DNA from: Saprospiraceae bacterium
GTDB lineage: Bacteria > Bacteroidota > Bacteroidia > Chitinophagales > Saprospiraceae
Assembly: GCA_016787285.1 (NCBI GenBank)
Contig: JAEUUV010000242.1
Location: forward strand, 8,905 to 72,904
Direction: 5' to 3'
DNA: 64,000 bases
Shown here: piece by piece, positions 35,419 through 43,404 of the stretch
Layout: the number at the start of each line of letters is the position of its first letter
Numbering within the stretch: position 1 is the first letter of the stretch
Made by a program: the position numbers and the translations under genes
The notes under the pieces: generated by a model
The model's database searches: none
The model's input: only the letters and a program-made list of their open reading frames with translations
What the model was told of the DNA's origin: nothing

Positions 35419-36432
35419 ATGAAACACATTGCCCTTTTGATTCTGCTCTCCGCCGTCCTTTTTTCTTGCAACGAAACCGGCACCGACTCAACCTCTCAAA
35501 TCAATGCCGATGAAAAAACCGCTACCGTTGCCGCGAGCGGCTTGCGCCTTGATGTGTCCGACAATCCGGAACTGACGTTCAAAAACCTGCGCTTGTACCC
35601 GGTGCTTGCCGATGCCGGATTGCTGGAAAACAACCGCCTCCCGATACTAAAAACGCTGGCCGAAGCCATGCAAACACACGGGTTTCGCATTACGGAACGC
35701 AAGCAGTTCGGGCGCGAACAGGAAACGTGGTACAATGGCCTAACGGTTCAGAACAAAAGCGCCGACCCTGTATTTCTCATGGCCGGCGACGTGGTCACGG
35801 GCGGAAATCAGGACCGCGTGATTGCCCACGACGATGTGATTCAGCCTGCTTCGCTGAAAAACATCGAAGTATTTTGCGTGGAAGCCGGGCGCTCAACCTA
35901 CTACAACCCGGCAGCACCGGAATCGGAAAAACAGGTGGCTGCGTTCAAGGGCTACTACAACGTAGCCAGTCCGCAAGTGCGCAAAGCCGTGTATAGCGGC
36001 AATCAGCAAGGGGTGTGGGGGGCCGTCGGCAAAGTGACCGAAGCCAATAACGCGACTTCCAGTACCCAGACCTATGCCGCACTGGAAACTGAAAACGCCA
36101 AAAAGGAACAGCGCGAAGCCTGCCTGCGCTTTTTTGAAGGCAAATTTGACAACCTGCCGGATGCCGTGGGCGTGGTGGCGGTGTGCGACGGCAAGGTCGT
36201 GGGCGTAGATGTTTTCGGCCACCCCAAGCTGTTCCGCCGGCAGTTCAAAGCCCTGCTGCACGGATTTGCCGCCGAGACGGCGTTTTCCGAAACTACTAAA
36301 GATGTACCCGGGCATGTCGCCGAAGCCGCCTTCCGTCAGGTTGTCCGCGAGGCCGACAAGGCACGCACGGGCACGGAGGCGGTGGGCAAGTTTTCGCTCG
36401 GCGATGCCTGGGTACACCTGTACAGCAAGTAG
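35419..36432 (+). CDS. Lipoprotein of an uncharacterised family (GGNQDR / FCVEAGR motifs)
   Basis: Lipobox LFSC. It is transcribed divergently from the ECF operon. The motif pair recalls the family I believe is catalogued as DUF6569-type (from memory, unverified). Confidence 0.45.
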   Translation: MKHIALLILLSAVLFSCNETGTDSTSQINADEKTATVAASGLRLDVSDNPELTFKNLRLYPVLADAGLLENNRLPILKTLAEAMQTHGFRITERKQFGREQETWYNGLTVQNKSADPVFLMAGDVVTGGNQDRVIAHDDVIQPASLKNIEVFCVEAGRSTYYNPAAPESEKQVAAFKGYYNVASPQVRKAVYSGNQQGVWGAVGKVTEANNATSSTQTYAALETENAKKEQREACLRFFEGKFDNLPDAVGVVAVCDGKVVGVDVFGHPKLFRRQFKALLHGFAAETAFSETTKDVPGHVAEAAFRQVVREADKARTGTEAVGKFSLGDAWVHLYSK

Positions 36433-36480
36433 GGCGTACAGCCGTCTGCACGAACTTGTTCGTCTGAGGGCATGGCCCGG

Positions 36481-36990
36481 CTACATGGTCCCGGCCTGTT
36501 CGTTGATCTTTTTGAACTGCTTGTCGAGGTAGAACAGGTTGCGCGGCTCGTAGCCCATGCGCTCAATGACGGTCAGAATTTCATCTACCTTTCGTTCGGC
36601 ATCCTGCTGCTCGAGCACAAAGGCCTGGAGGAAAAAATAGGTAGCGTGTTCACCGTTTTGCACACACCAGGTAGCGAGTTCGTTGACGGACAGCGTAACG
36701 CCGTGTTCCAGATCGCGCACTAACTGAAATGCTTCGAGCACGGTTTTGAATTTGTCCCGAACCTTGCCGAGTTTTCCCTCCACATGTGCCGTCCCGCCGT
36801 TGGCATTGATGTATTTGAAAATTTCCAGCATGTGCTGTCGCTCTTCTTCGGCGCTGTTGTAAAAATACTGCGCAATGTTGGGCAGATTTTCCCCTTCGGC
36901 CCAAGTGGCGAGGGCGAGGTAGGCATTGGAAGCGTAGGCTTCTTTTTGTATCTGGTCGTTGAGTTTATTCTGGACTGCTTTTGATAACAT
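36481..36990 (-). CDS. Ferritin
   Basis: The ATG at 36990 gives MLSKAVQNKLNDQIQKEAYASNAYLALATW...EERQHMLEIFKYI, which carries the ferroxidase residues. Confidence 0.85.
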   Translation of the reverse strand: MLSKAVQNKLNDQIQKEAYASNAYLALATWAEGENLPNIAQYFYNSAEEERQHMLEIFKYINANGGTAHVEGKLGKVRDKFKTVLEAFQLVRDLEHGVTLSVNELATWCVQNGEHATYFFLQAFVLEQQDAERKVDEILTVIERMGYEPRNLFYLDKQFKKINEQAGTM

Positions 36991-37099
36991 GGATCGAAAT
37001 GTTTTGATGATCGTTGCGGCAAAAGTAAACAGAATGCCCAAGCAATAGTTTGGGCACCTTACTTTCGCGCATCGTTCATCAACTATTTTCAACTCGTAA

Positions 37100-38308
37100 A
37101 TGTCCAAAGTACTCATCATCGGCGCCGGCGGCGTAGGCCGCGTAGTGGCTTACAAGTGTGCCCAGCACCGCGACATCTTCGGCGATATCCTGTTGGCCAG
37201 CCGAACCAAAAAGAAATGCGACGCCATCGCCGACGCTATTTACAAGGCATACGGCGGTCGGAAAATCAAAACTGCCAAACTTGACGCCGACAATGTGGAA
37301 CAGACCGTGGCGCTGATCCGCAAGTTCCAGCCCGATTTAGTCATCAACGTCGCCCTACCCTACCAGGACCTTCCCATCATGGACGCCTGCCTCGAAACGG
37401 GCACGCATTACATGGACACCGCCAACTACGAGCCGAAAGACGTAGCCAAATTTGAATACTCCTGGCAGTGGGCTTATCAGGAACGCTACAAAAAGAAAGG
37501 CATCCTTGCCCTACTTGGCTGCGGCTTCGACCCCGGCGTGACGAGCGTGTACACCGCATACGCCAAGAAACATTACTTCGACGAAATGCACGAACTCGAC
37601 ATCGTGGACGCCAATGCGGGCAGCCACGGCAAGGCGTTTGCCACCAATTTCAACCCGGAGATCAACATCCGGGAGGTCACGCAACGCGGCAAATACTGGG
37701 AAAACGGCCAATGGGTGGAAACCGAGCCGCACGAAATCTGGAAAGACATCAACTACCCGGAAATCGGACCGAAGCGTTCTTACCTGATTTACCACGAGGA
37801 ACTGGAAAGTCTCGTCAAAAACTTCCCCACGCTCAAACGCGCCCGCTTTTGGATGACCTTCAGCCAGGAATACCTTACCCACCTGCGCGTGATCCAGAAC
37901 ATCGGCATGGCCGGCATCGAGCCCGTCCGGTTCAAAGGCGTGGACATCGTACCGCTCCAGTTCCTCAAAGCCGTGCTGCCCGCACCGGAGGAACTCGGCG
38001 AAAACTACACCGGCTTCACCAGCATCGGCTGCCGAATCAAGGGCATCAAAGGCGGCAAGGAACGCACGTATTATGTCTGGAACAACTGCTCCCACCAGGA
38101 TGCCTACAAGGAAACCGGTACGCAGGGCGTGAGTTACACCACCGGCGTGCCCGCCATGATCGGCGCACGAATGATTCTCGAAGGCAAATGGACCGGCAAG
38201 GGCGTGTTCAACGTGGAAGAATTCAACCCCGACCCGTTCATGGATCGCCTGAACAAAGACGGACTGCTCTGGCACGAAAAGGTGGATATTGATCTGGAAA
38301 TGGATTGA
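37100..38308 (+). CDS. Saccharopine dehydrogenase family protein, likely carboxynorspermidine dehydrogenase
   Basis: Rossmann motif VLIIGAGGVGRVVA. The ~400-aa length and C-terminal domain are typical of CANSDH. Confidence 0.75.
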   Translation: MSKVLIIGAGGVGRVVAYKCAQHRDIFGDILLASRTKKKCDAIADAIYKAYGGRKIKTAKLDADNVEQTVALIRKFQPDLVINVALPYQDLPIMDACLETGTHYMDTANYEPKDVAKFEYSWQWAYQERYKKKGILALLGCGFDPGVTSVYTAYAKKHYFDEMHELDIVDANAGSHGKAFATNFNPEINIREVTQRGKYWENGQWVETEPHEIWKDINYPEIGPKRSYLIYHEELESLVKNFPTLKRARFWMTFSQEYLTHLRVIQNIGMAGIEPVRFKGVDIVPLQFLKAVLPAPEELGENYTGFTSIGCRIKGIKGGKERTYYVWNNCSHQDAYKETGTQGVSYTTGVPAMIGARMILEGKWTGKGVFNVEEFNPDPFMDRLNKDGLLWHEKVDIDLEMD

Positions 38309-38327
38309 GGGGGTTAGAAAGTTTCGG

Positions 38328-38368
38328 GTTGGAAGGTTTCAGGTTCAGGTAACCTTCCAACCTGAACC
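38328..38368. repeat. Hairpin of the GGAAGGTTTCNGGTT repeat family (probable terminator)
   Basis: GGTTGGAAGGTT (38328-38339) pairs with AACCTTCCAACC (38351-38362). An alternative pairing is GGTTCAGGT with ACCTGAACC. Confidence 0.75.
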
Positions 38369-38437
38369 ATAGCAGCAATCCCTTAGTTTTTGAATTGAAA
38401 CAGGCGTATTTTTTGTCAAACACTTAATTTTAAAGCC

Positions 38438-39643
38438 ATGATTACGGGGTTGTATGTCAAAAATTTCCGCAGCATCCGCGATGCCTCCCTCGATCTGGGG
38501 CGATTCACCGTATTGAACGGCGAAAACAACAGCGGCAAAAGCAGTGTGCTGTACGCGTTGCAGGTGTTGAAGAATATTGTGACAAGCCCAAATCGAAGCA
38601 TGGACGACCTGCTTAATTTGAACTTTTTGAATCTGGGTGGGATCGAAGAAGTAATGTTTAATAAAAAAATAAACCTTGAGTTAAAAATTGGTGTGAGATC
38701 CGGCAATACGGAGAAGCCACAAGACCTGTTATCCTATTACTACTGGACACATACTTTATTAGGAGATACATTGATACTCAAAGGTAGAAAGCCCTATAAT
38801 TTTGATGGGAATCTTCATGTCAGCTTTCCTTATACATTAAACAAGGGTCAAAAAATAGAAATTGGGAAGTCCCCAAATCATACTTTTTTCTGGAATGGAG
38901 TTACCGCAGATCAGTTTGAAGGGTATAACGAGCAAGTCGATGCCTTGCTCTTAACTGCAGAAATTGATCAATGCGCTGCCAATCTTTCTGGATTAGACGT
39001 AATTCCAACTCATCGTGGTTTTTCCAGAGCAGCCTTTAATCTAATACCGTTACAGTACAACATCTATACTGAAGACGAGGTGGCTACCCTACTCGCATCT
39101 GACAAGGTTCTTTTATCACAGGTATCGTATTATTTCAAAAAAATTACAGGAAAAGAGTTTTCGGTTTCTTTGATGCAAGTACCAGGTCTCTTTTTTTTGC
39201 AAGTAAAGGATCCCGGTGCATCCACCTCAATTCAACTGGTCAACCAAGGCATGGGGATTAACCAAATCGTATTTCTCCTGGCCAAAATACTGTACAGTAA
39301 AAATCGCCTGATCTGCATTGACGAGCCGGAAATCCACCTCCACCCTACCCTGATCGAACAATTCATTCGGGTACTGGTGGAAATCTCGAAGGCAGAAGGA
39401 AAACAATTCCTGTTTTCCACCCACAGCGAGCACTGGATCATGTCGTTGCTGGCAGAAGTGTGCGAAGGAAACCTGCCCGCTTCGGATCTCAAGGTATATT
39501 ACCTGCGAAAACAAGGACTCGAAACCCTGGTCGAAGAACAGGAAGTGCAGGAAAACGGCCAGATCGCAGGTGGATTGAAAAATTTTCTGGAATCCCAAAT
39601 GCGTTTGGCGCAGCGGTTTTTTCCCGTTGAAATGCCCGGATAA
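38438..39643 (+). CDS. ABC/SMC-like AAA ATPase (AAA_21 / DUF3696-like)
   Basis: Walker A GENNSGKS (residues 28-35), signature-like NQGMGINQ, Walker B LICIDEPEIHLHP and H-loop FSTHSEH. The middle third is AT-rich. Confidence 0.8.
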   Translation: MITGLYVKNFRSIRDASLDLGRFTVLNGENNSGKSSVLYALQVLKNIVTSPNRSMDDLLNLNFLNLGGIEEVMFNKKINLELKIGVRSGNTEKPQDLLSYYYWTHTLLGDTLILKGRKPYNFDGNLHVSFPYTLNKGQKIEIGKSPNHTFFWNGVTADQFEGYNEQVDALLLTAEIDQCAANLSGLDVIPTHRGFSRAAFNLIPLQYNIYTEDEVATLLASDKVLLSQVSYYFKKITGKEFSVSLMQVPGLFFLQVKDPGASTSIQLVNQGMGINQIVFLLAKILYSKNRLICIDEPEIHLHPTLIEQFIRVLVEISKAEGKQFLFSTHSEHWIMSLLAEVCEGNLPASDLKVYYLRKQGLETLVEEQEVQENGQIAGGLKNFLESQMRLAQRFFPVEMPG

Positions 39644-39646
39644 ACG

Positions 39647-40123
39647 ATGGAACTGGTCGTCAACGAATGGTTTCTGGACTGGCACTCGCCGAACGCAAGC
39701 ATGGAAGAACAAAAACATGCAGGTCTGTTTTTGAAATGTCTGCTTGAGAATGACCACAAATTGGTGCTGCTTCGGGAAAGCCCGTTTATGCAAAAACTAC
39801 ATACTTACCGAAAAGCCTTCGACTTTTACATCCCTGCCCGCCTGTCGTTGAAAACCTTTTTCAGCAATATTCTGAACAACTCGGACAAATGCCGGATCGT
39901 AGAAAATGCACTACCACTACCAGCGGAACTGGAGGACAAACTTAGTCAGGGGAATTTTTCCAGCGACCGCTACCTGTTCGAGTCTGCTCAGGAAACAGAA
40001 CAAAAAATCATCGTCACGACCGATCAAAGGTTGATCGCCCACATCGGCCAAACCGATAATTTCAGGCTGATAACTTTCGAGGATTTTTTTCAAAACCATT
40101 GCCCAAAACCAGAAACCTCCTAA
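39647..40123 (+). CDS. Small PIN-like protein coupled to the ATPase (hypothetical)
   Basis: The ATG lies 4 nt after the ATPase stop. The N-terminal strand LVVNEWFL and the segment SSDRYLFESAQ...KIIVTTDQRLI resemble the acidic positions of PIN domains. This is inference only. Confidence 0.55.
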   Translation: MELVVNEWFLDWHSPNASMEEQKHAGLFLKCLLENDHKLVLLRESPFMQKLHTYRKAFDFYIPARLSLKTFFSNILNNSDKCRIVENALPLPAELEDKLSQGNFSSDRYLFESAQETEQKIIVTTDQRLIAHIGQTDNFRLITFEDFFQNHCPKPETS

Positions 40124-40140
40124 ACCGAAACCAGAAACCC
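40107..40140. repeat. Two AACCAGAAACC words (reverse complement of GGTTTCTGGTT) followed by a T-run
   Basis: AACCAGAAACCTCC at 40107-40120 and AAACCAGAAACCC at 40128-40140, overlapping the 3' end of the small gene. Confidence 0.8.
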
Positions 40141-40146
40141 TTTTTT

Positions 40147-40836
40147 ATGCGTATCCTTCTCGTCGAAGACGAACCGACCATCCGCGACGCCCTCCAACTC
40201 AACCTCGAACTGGAGGGCTACGAGGTCGTGCCCACCGGAAACGGGAAAAAAGCCTTGGAACTGGTAGCCGGCCAGCACTTCGACCTGCTGCTGCTGGATG
40301 TCATGCTGCCCGATGTAGACGGCTTCAGCATCACCGAGCAAGTACGGCTGTCGAATAACGAAGTGCCGATTCTCTTGCTCACGGCCAAGGACATGCCACA
40401 AGATCGCATCGCCGGTCTCAAGCGCGGCGCCGACGACTACCTGACCAAGCCGTTCAACCTCGAAGAATTGCTCCTGCGCATCGGCAACCTGCTGCGCCGC
40501 AGCCAGCGTGTGAAAGGCGAGGCGCCCGACCTGTTTGAGTTCGGAAACAACAAAGTCAACTTCGAAACGTACGAAGCCACCACCTGGCGCGGCGAAACCA
40601 TCGCGCTCACCCGAAAGGAAGCCATGCTCCTGAAACTGCTTGTGGAACGCAAAAACGAGGTGGTCAGCCGCAACCAAATCCTCCAGGCCGTATGGGGCTA
40701 CGACGTGTTTCCCAGCACCCGCACAATTGACAATTTTATCCTCGCTTTCCGGAAATACTTTGAAAAAGACCCGCGTGACCCGCAGTTTTTTCACTCCATC
40801 CGCGGCGTGGGGTACCGGTTTTCATGGAGTGATTAA
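40147..40836 (+). CDS. OmpR/PhoB-family response regulator (no adjacent histidine kinase)
   Basis: The ATG at 40147 gives MRILLVEDEPTIRDAL... Receiver motifs DLLLLDVMLPDVDG and LTAKD are present, with the winged-helix motif IRGVGYRF. Confidence 0.9.
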   Translation: MRILLVEDEPTIRDALQLNLELEGYEVVPTGNGKKALELVAGQHFDLLLLDVMLPDVDGFSITEQVRLSNNEVPILLLTAKDMPQDRIAGLKRGADDYLTKPFNLEELLLRIGNLLRRSQRVKGEAPDLFEFGNNKVNFETYEATTWRGETIALTRKEAMLLKLLVERKNEVVSRNQILQAVWGYDVFPSTRTIDNFILAFRKYFEKDPRDPQFFHSIRGVGYRFSWSD

Positions 40837-41039
40837 GCAACCGGCCCGTCGGTCATCTTTTTCAACTGATCGTCCACCTTTCGCAGTTTTTCCCGGCAAA
40901 GACGCACCAGTTCCTGCGCACGTTCGATTTTGGCAGCCAGGTCGTCAATGCCGACCGCGTCGTTTTGCAGATCGGCGATGATCTGCTGCAATTCCGAGTA
41001 TGCTTCGTCGTAGGAAGGCGTTTCCGGCGCTGTTTTCAT
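40833..41039 (-). CDS. xseB: Exodeoxyribonuclease VII small subunit
   Basis: 68 aa. SYDEAYSELQQIIADLQNDAVGIDDL is typical of XseB. Confidence 0.85.
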   Translation of the reverse strand: MKTAPETPSYDEAYSELQQIIADLQNDAVGIDDLAAKIERAQELVRLCREKLRKVDDQLKKMTDGPVA

Positions 41040-41422
41040 TGTTCAAACCAGACTTTTTCGCGGTTGTCCGGCGAGCCGTTGTAATTGATGAATATCTCCT
41101 CTCCGGGGGCAATATCGCGCAGGGCGTAAATATCAATGGTGCTGTTTTCGAAATCCATCCCGTAATCGGCGTTGGGTTCGTAGGCGTGGTTGTACAGGGA
41201 GCCGTATCCCAGTGCCAGGGCGTACCACGAGCCGTCGTCGCCCCAGTCGAAATAGTAGTCGTCGAGCATCGTTTGGCGCACGGCGGCCAGTTCGGATTTT
41301 GGGAATAAAAGTACCGGACACACCTCGATCACCGCGCCTTCCGGTATCGGCCCCGCCGCAAAAACGCCCATGCCATGCACATCGGAAGGGCCAAAATAAA
41401 TAGGTGTATGCTGGATACTCAT
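41036..41422 (-). CDS. SET-domain protein (putative lysine methyltransferase)
   Basis: HGMGVFA, GYGSLYNHAYEPNA and GEEIFINY are the SET signature blocks. It overlaps xseB by 4 nt. Confidence 0.8.
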   Translation of the reverse strand: MSIQHTPIYFGPSDVHGMGVFAAGPIPEGAVIEVCPVLLFPKSELAAVRQTMLDDYYFDWGDDGSWYALALGYGSLYNHAYEPNADYGMDFENSTIDIYALRDIAPGEEIFINYNGSPDNREKVWFEQ

Positions 41423-41452
41423 CGTGCTGCCTGTTTGCTTTTTCCGGAAAAT

Positions 41453-42304
41453 CTACCAACTCCCGCCGGCGCCGCCACCACCAAATGAACCGCCACCAAA
41501 ACCACCACCGCCCCAGCCACCACCACCACTGCTACCGCCGCCCCAACCGCCGCCACCGCCGAATGAGCCGCCGCCCCAACCGCCGAAACCGCCGCCGTGC
41601 CACCAGTCGTCGCCACCACGGTTACGACGACCGGTGCCGGTGTACACTGTGCTGTTTTTGGACACCACGTATGCGACCACCACGATAATAATGATCAAGG
41701 AAAGCGCCAAAATCAGAAAAATCCAGGCCGGCGGTGCCTCCCGGTCGCTTTTGTCGGCCTTGAACTCGCCGGCCAGCGCGCGCATGATGTCGGTCAGGCC
41801 GGCGTCAATACCCTGGAAATTTTGCTCCTGCTTAAAATACGGGATCATCGTGTTCCGGATGATACGCCCCGCCGTGATGTCGGGCAAAGCCCCCTCGGTG
41901 CCGTAGCCGGTAGCAATGAATGCTCCGCGGTTGGGCTGCTCGGTCACGATGAGCACCACGATGCCGTTGTTTTTGCTCTTGCGCCCGATTCCCCAGCGGT
42001 TGCCCAGTTCGAAGGCGTAGGAGGAGCGGTCGAAACCGCCGATGTCCGGCCGGATCATCACCACAATTTCGGTAGAGGTGCTGTCCCGGTAGCGCTGGAG
42101 TCGGTCTTCCAGAATAAATTTTTCCTGTGCCGACAACCACCCCGAGTAGTCGTGAACGAACACCGCAGGGTCGGGTTTTTCGGGAAAAAGTTCGGAACTC
42201 TCCTGGCTGAACAGCCCGCCGACCAAAAGCAAAACCGCCGCCAGCACCGGCCACAGCCTAAGCCGCAATCCGTTTCGCTTACCGTCCACCGTAAATAATT
42301 TCAT
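41453..42304 (-). CDS. TPM-domain (YgcG-like) membrane protein with a Gly/Trp-rich tail
   Basis: TPM domain, then a TM helix, then a GGGFGGWGGGSFGGGGGWGGG... tail. The start could be 42304, 42316 or 42322. Confidence 0.75.
   Translation of the reverse strand: MKLFTVDGKRNGLRLRLWPVLAAVLLLVGGLFSQESSELFPEKPDPAVFVHDYSGWLSAQEKFILEDRLQRYRDSTSTEIVVMIRPDIGGFDRSSYAFELGNRWGIGRKSKNNGIVVLIVTEQPNRGAFIATGYGTEGALPDITAGRIIRNTMIPYFKQEQNFQGIDAGLTDIMRALAGEFKADKSDREAPPAWIFLILALSLIIIIVVVAYVVSKNSTVYTGTGRRNRGGDDWWHGGGFGGWGGGSFGGGGGWGGGSSGGGGWGGGGFGGGSFGGGGAGGSW
41456..41620 (-). repeat. Low-complexity coding repeat (Gly-rich tail)
   Basis: CCRCCRCC-type simple sequence on the plus strand, encoding G/W/F/S repeats on the minus strand. 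Confidence 0.85.
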
Positions 42305-42713
42305 CAGGAAGTTCATTATCATTGTCTTTTGGATCAGCGGGGAAATGGTGTCGCAGTTGCTCGCCGATCTGTTCAATTACCCGGCAAACGCCTTCGCAGG
42401 CTTTTTCCTGTTGCAAATGTTCCCGGAGCAGTTGTTTTTCAGCATCCCAGAACTGAAAACCGACCCGTTCGTGAATACCCGAATCGCCCCAGATGGCAAA
42501 GTGGTGCGACTTGTCGGCGATGTACAGCAGCACAGCATTCCGCTGTTTGGTGTTGAACATTCCGAACAGGTGGAATATCTCCGCCGCCCGCTCCACGGGG
42601 TGGTCGCGGTCGCAGAAGTCTTCGATAAACAGCCTGATCTCGCCGCTGGTGCGTTGCTCCGCAGCGCGAATGGCGGCGAGAATCCGGGTTTCGTCGTCGG
42701 GTGTGAAAAGCAT
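42279..42713 (-). CDS. TPM-domain protein (DUF477-like)
   Basis: ILAAIRAAEQRTSGEIRLFIE and NAVLLYIADKSHHFAIWGDSGIH are typical of the family. Confidence 0.75.
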   Translation of the reverse strand: MLFTPDDETRILAAIRAAEQRTSGEIRLFIEDFCDRDHPVERAAEIFHLFGMFNTKQRNAVLLYIADKSHHFAIWGDSGIHERVGFQFWDAEKQLLREHLQQEKACEGVCRVIEQIGEQLRHHFPADPKDNDNELPDEIIYGGR

Positions 42714-42732
42714 GGCTTGCTGGAGTTTTCGC

Positions 42733-43329
42733 TTAATTAAACTTCACTTCCGGCACTTTCTCCGATCCGGCAGCCGCCTGGAAATACCCGCGCGGCGAGA
42801 AGCCAAAGATGCCGACGTACAGGTTGGTCGGGAACTTGCGGATGTAGGTGTTGTAGTCGTTGACCGATTCGTTGAACTTCCGGCGTTCTTCGGCGATGCG
42901 GTTTTCCGTGCCTTCGAGTTGTACTTGCAGATCGCGGAAATTCTCGTTCGCTTTCAGGTTTGGGTAGTTTTCCGCTACCGCCAACAAGCGGGACAGCGAA
43001 CTACCCAAAGCCCCCTGAGCCTGCTCGAAACGCTGGATGTTTTCCGGCGTCAGTTGGTCGGCGGTGAACGTCACCTTGGTGGCGTTGGCGCGGGCATCCA
43101 CCACTGCCTGTAGCGTGGATTTCTCAAAATCAGCGTAGCCTTTCACCGTGCTGACTAAGTTGGGAATCAGGTCGGAGCGACGCTGGTACTGGTTTTCGAC
43201 CTGCGCCCAGGCTTTTTTCACACCCTCGTCTTTGCCGACGACCGTGTTGTACGAGCCGCACATGTTGAAAACCAGCAGCAGCAATACGCCGAGCAGGATG
43301 AGGGGGAGGAATTTTCGAATGTTGACCAT
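42733..43329 (-). CDS. lemA: LemA-family protein
   Basis: N-terminal TM helix. AWAQVENQYQRRSDLIPNLV and ENRIAEERRKFNESVNDYN are LemA motifs. Confidence 0.85.
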   Translation of the reverse strand: MVNIRKFLPLILLGVLLLLVFNMCGSYNTVVGKDEGVKKAWAQVENQYQRRSDLIPNLVSTVKGYADFEKSTLQAVVDARANATKVTFTADQLTPENIQRFEQAQGALGSSLSRLLAVAENYPNLKANENFRDLQVQLEGTENRIAEERRKFNESVNDYNTYIRKFPTNLYVGIFGFSPRGYFQAAAGSEKVPEVKFN

Positions 43330-43404
43330 GATGTTTCTCGTTTGAAAAAGGTTTGGTGTAAAACGTGTGGCGAAGGTATTGGTTGACGCGGAAACGGACT
43401 GGAA

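Noticed and set aside
41424-41906. Proline-rich 160-aa ORF (PPPNEPPPKPPPP...)
   Set aside because: It is the mirror image of the Gly-rich tail of the TPM-domain gene on the other strand.
41453-43329. LemA-TPM-TPM operon as a novel system
   Set aside because: It is a well-known, widespread conserved operon, and the Gly-rich tail is typical of YgcG-like proteins.
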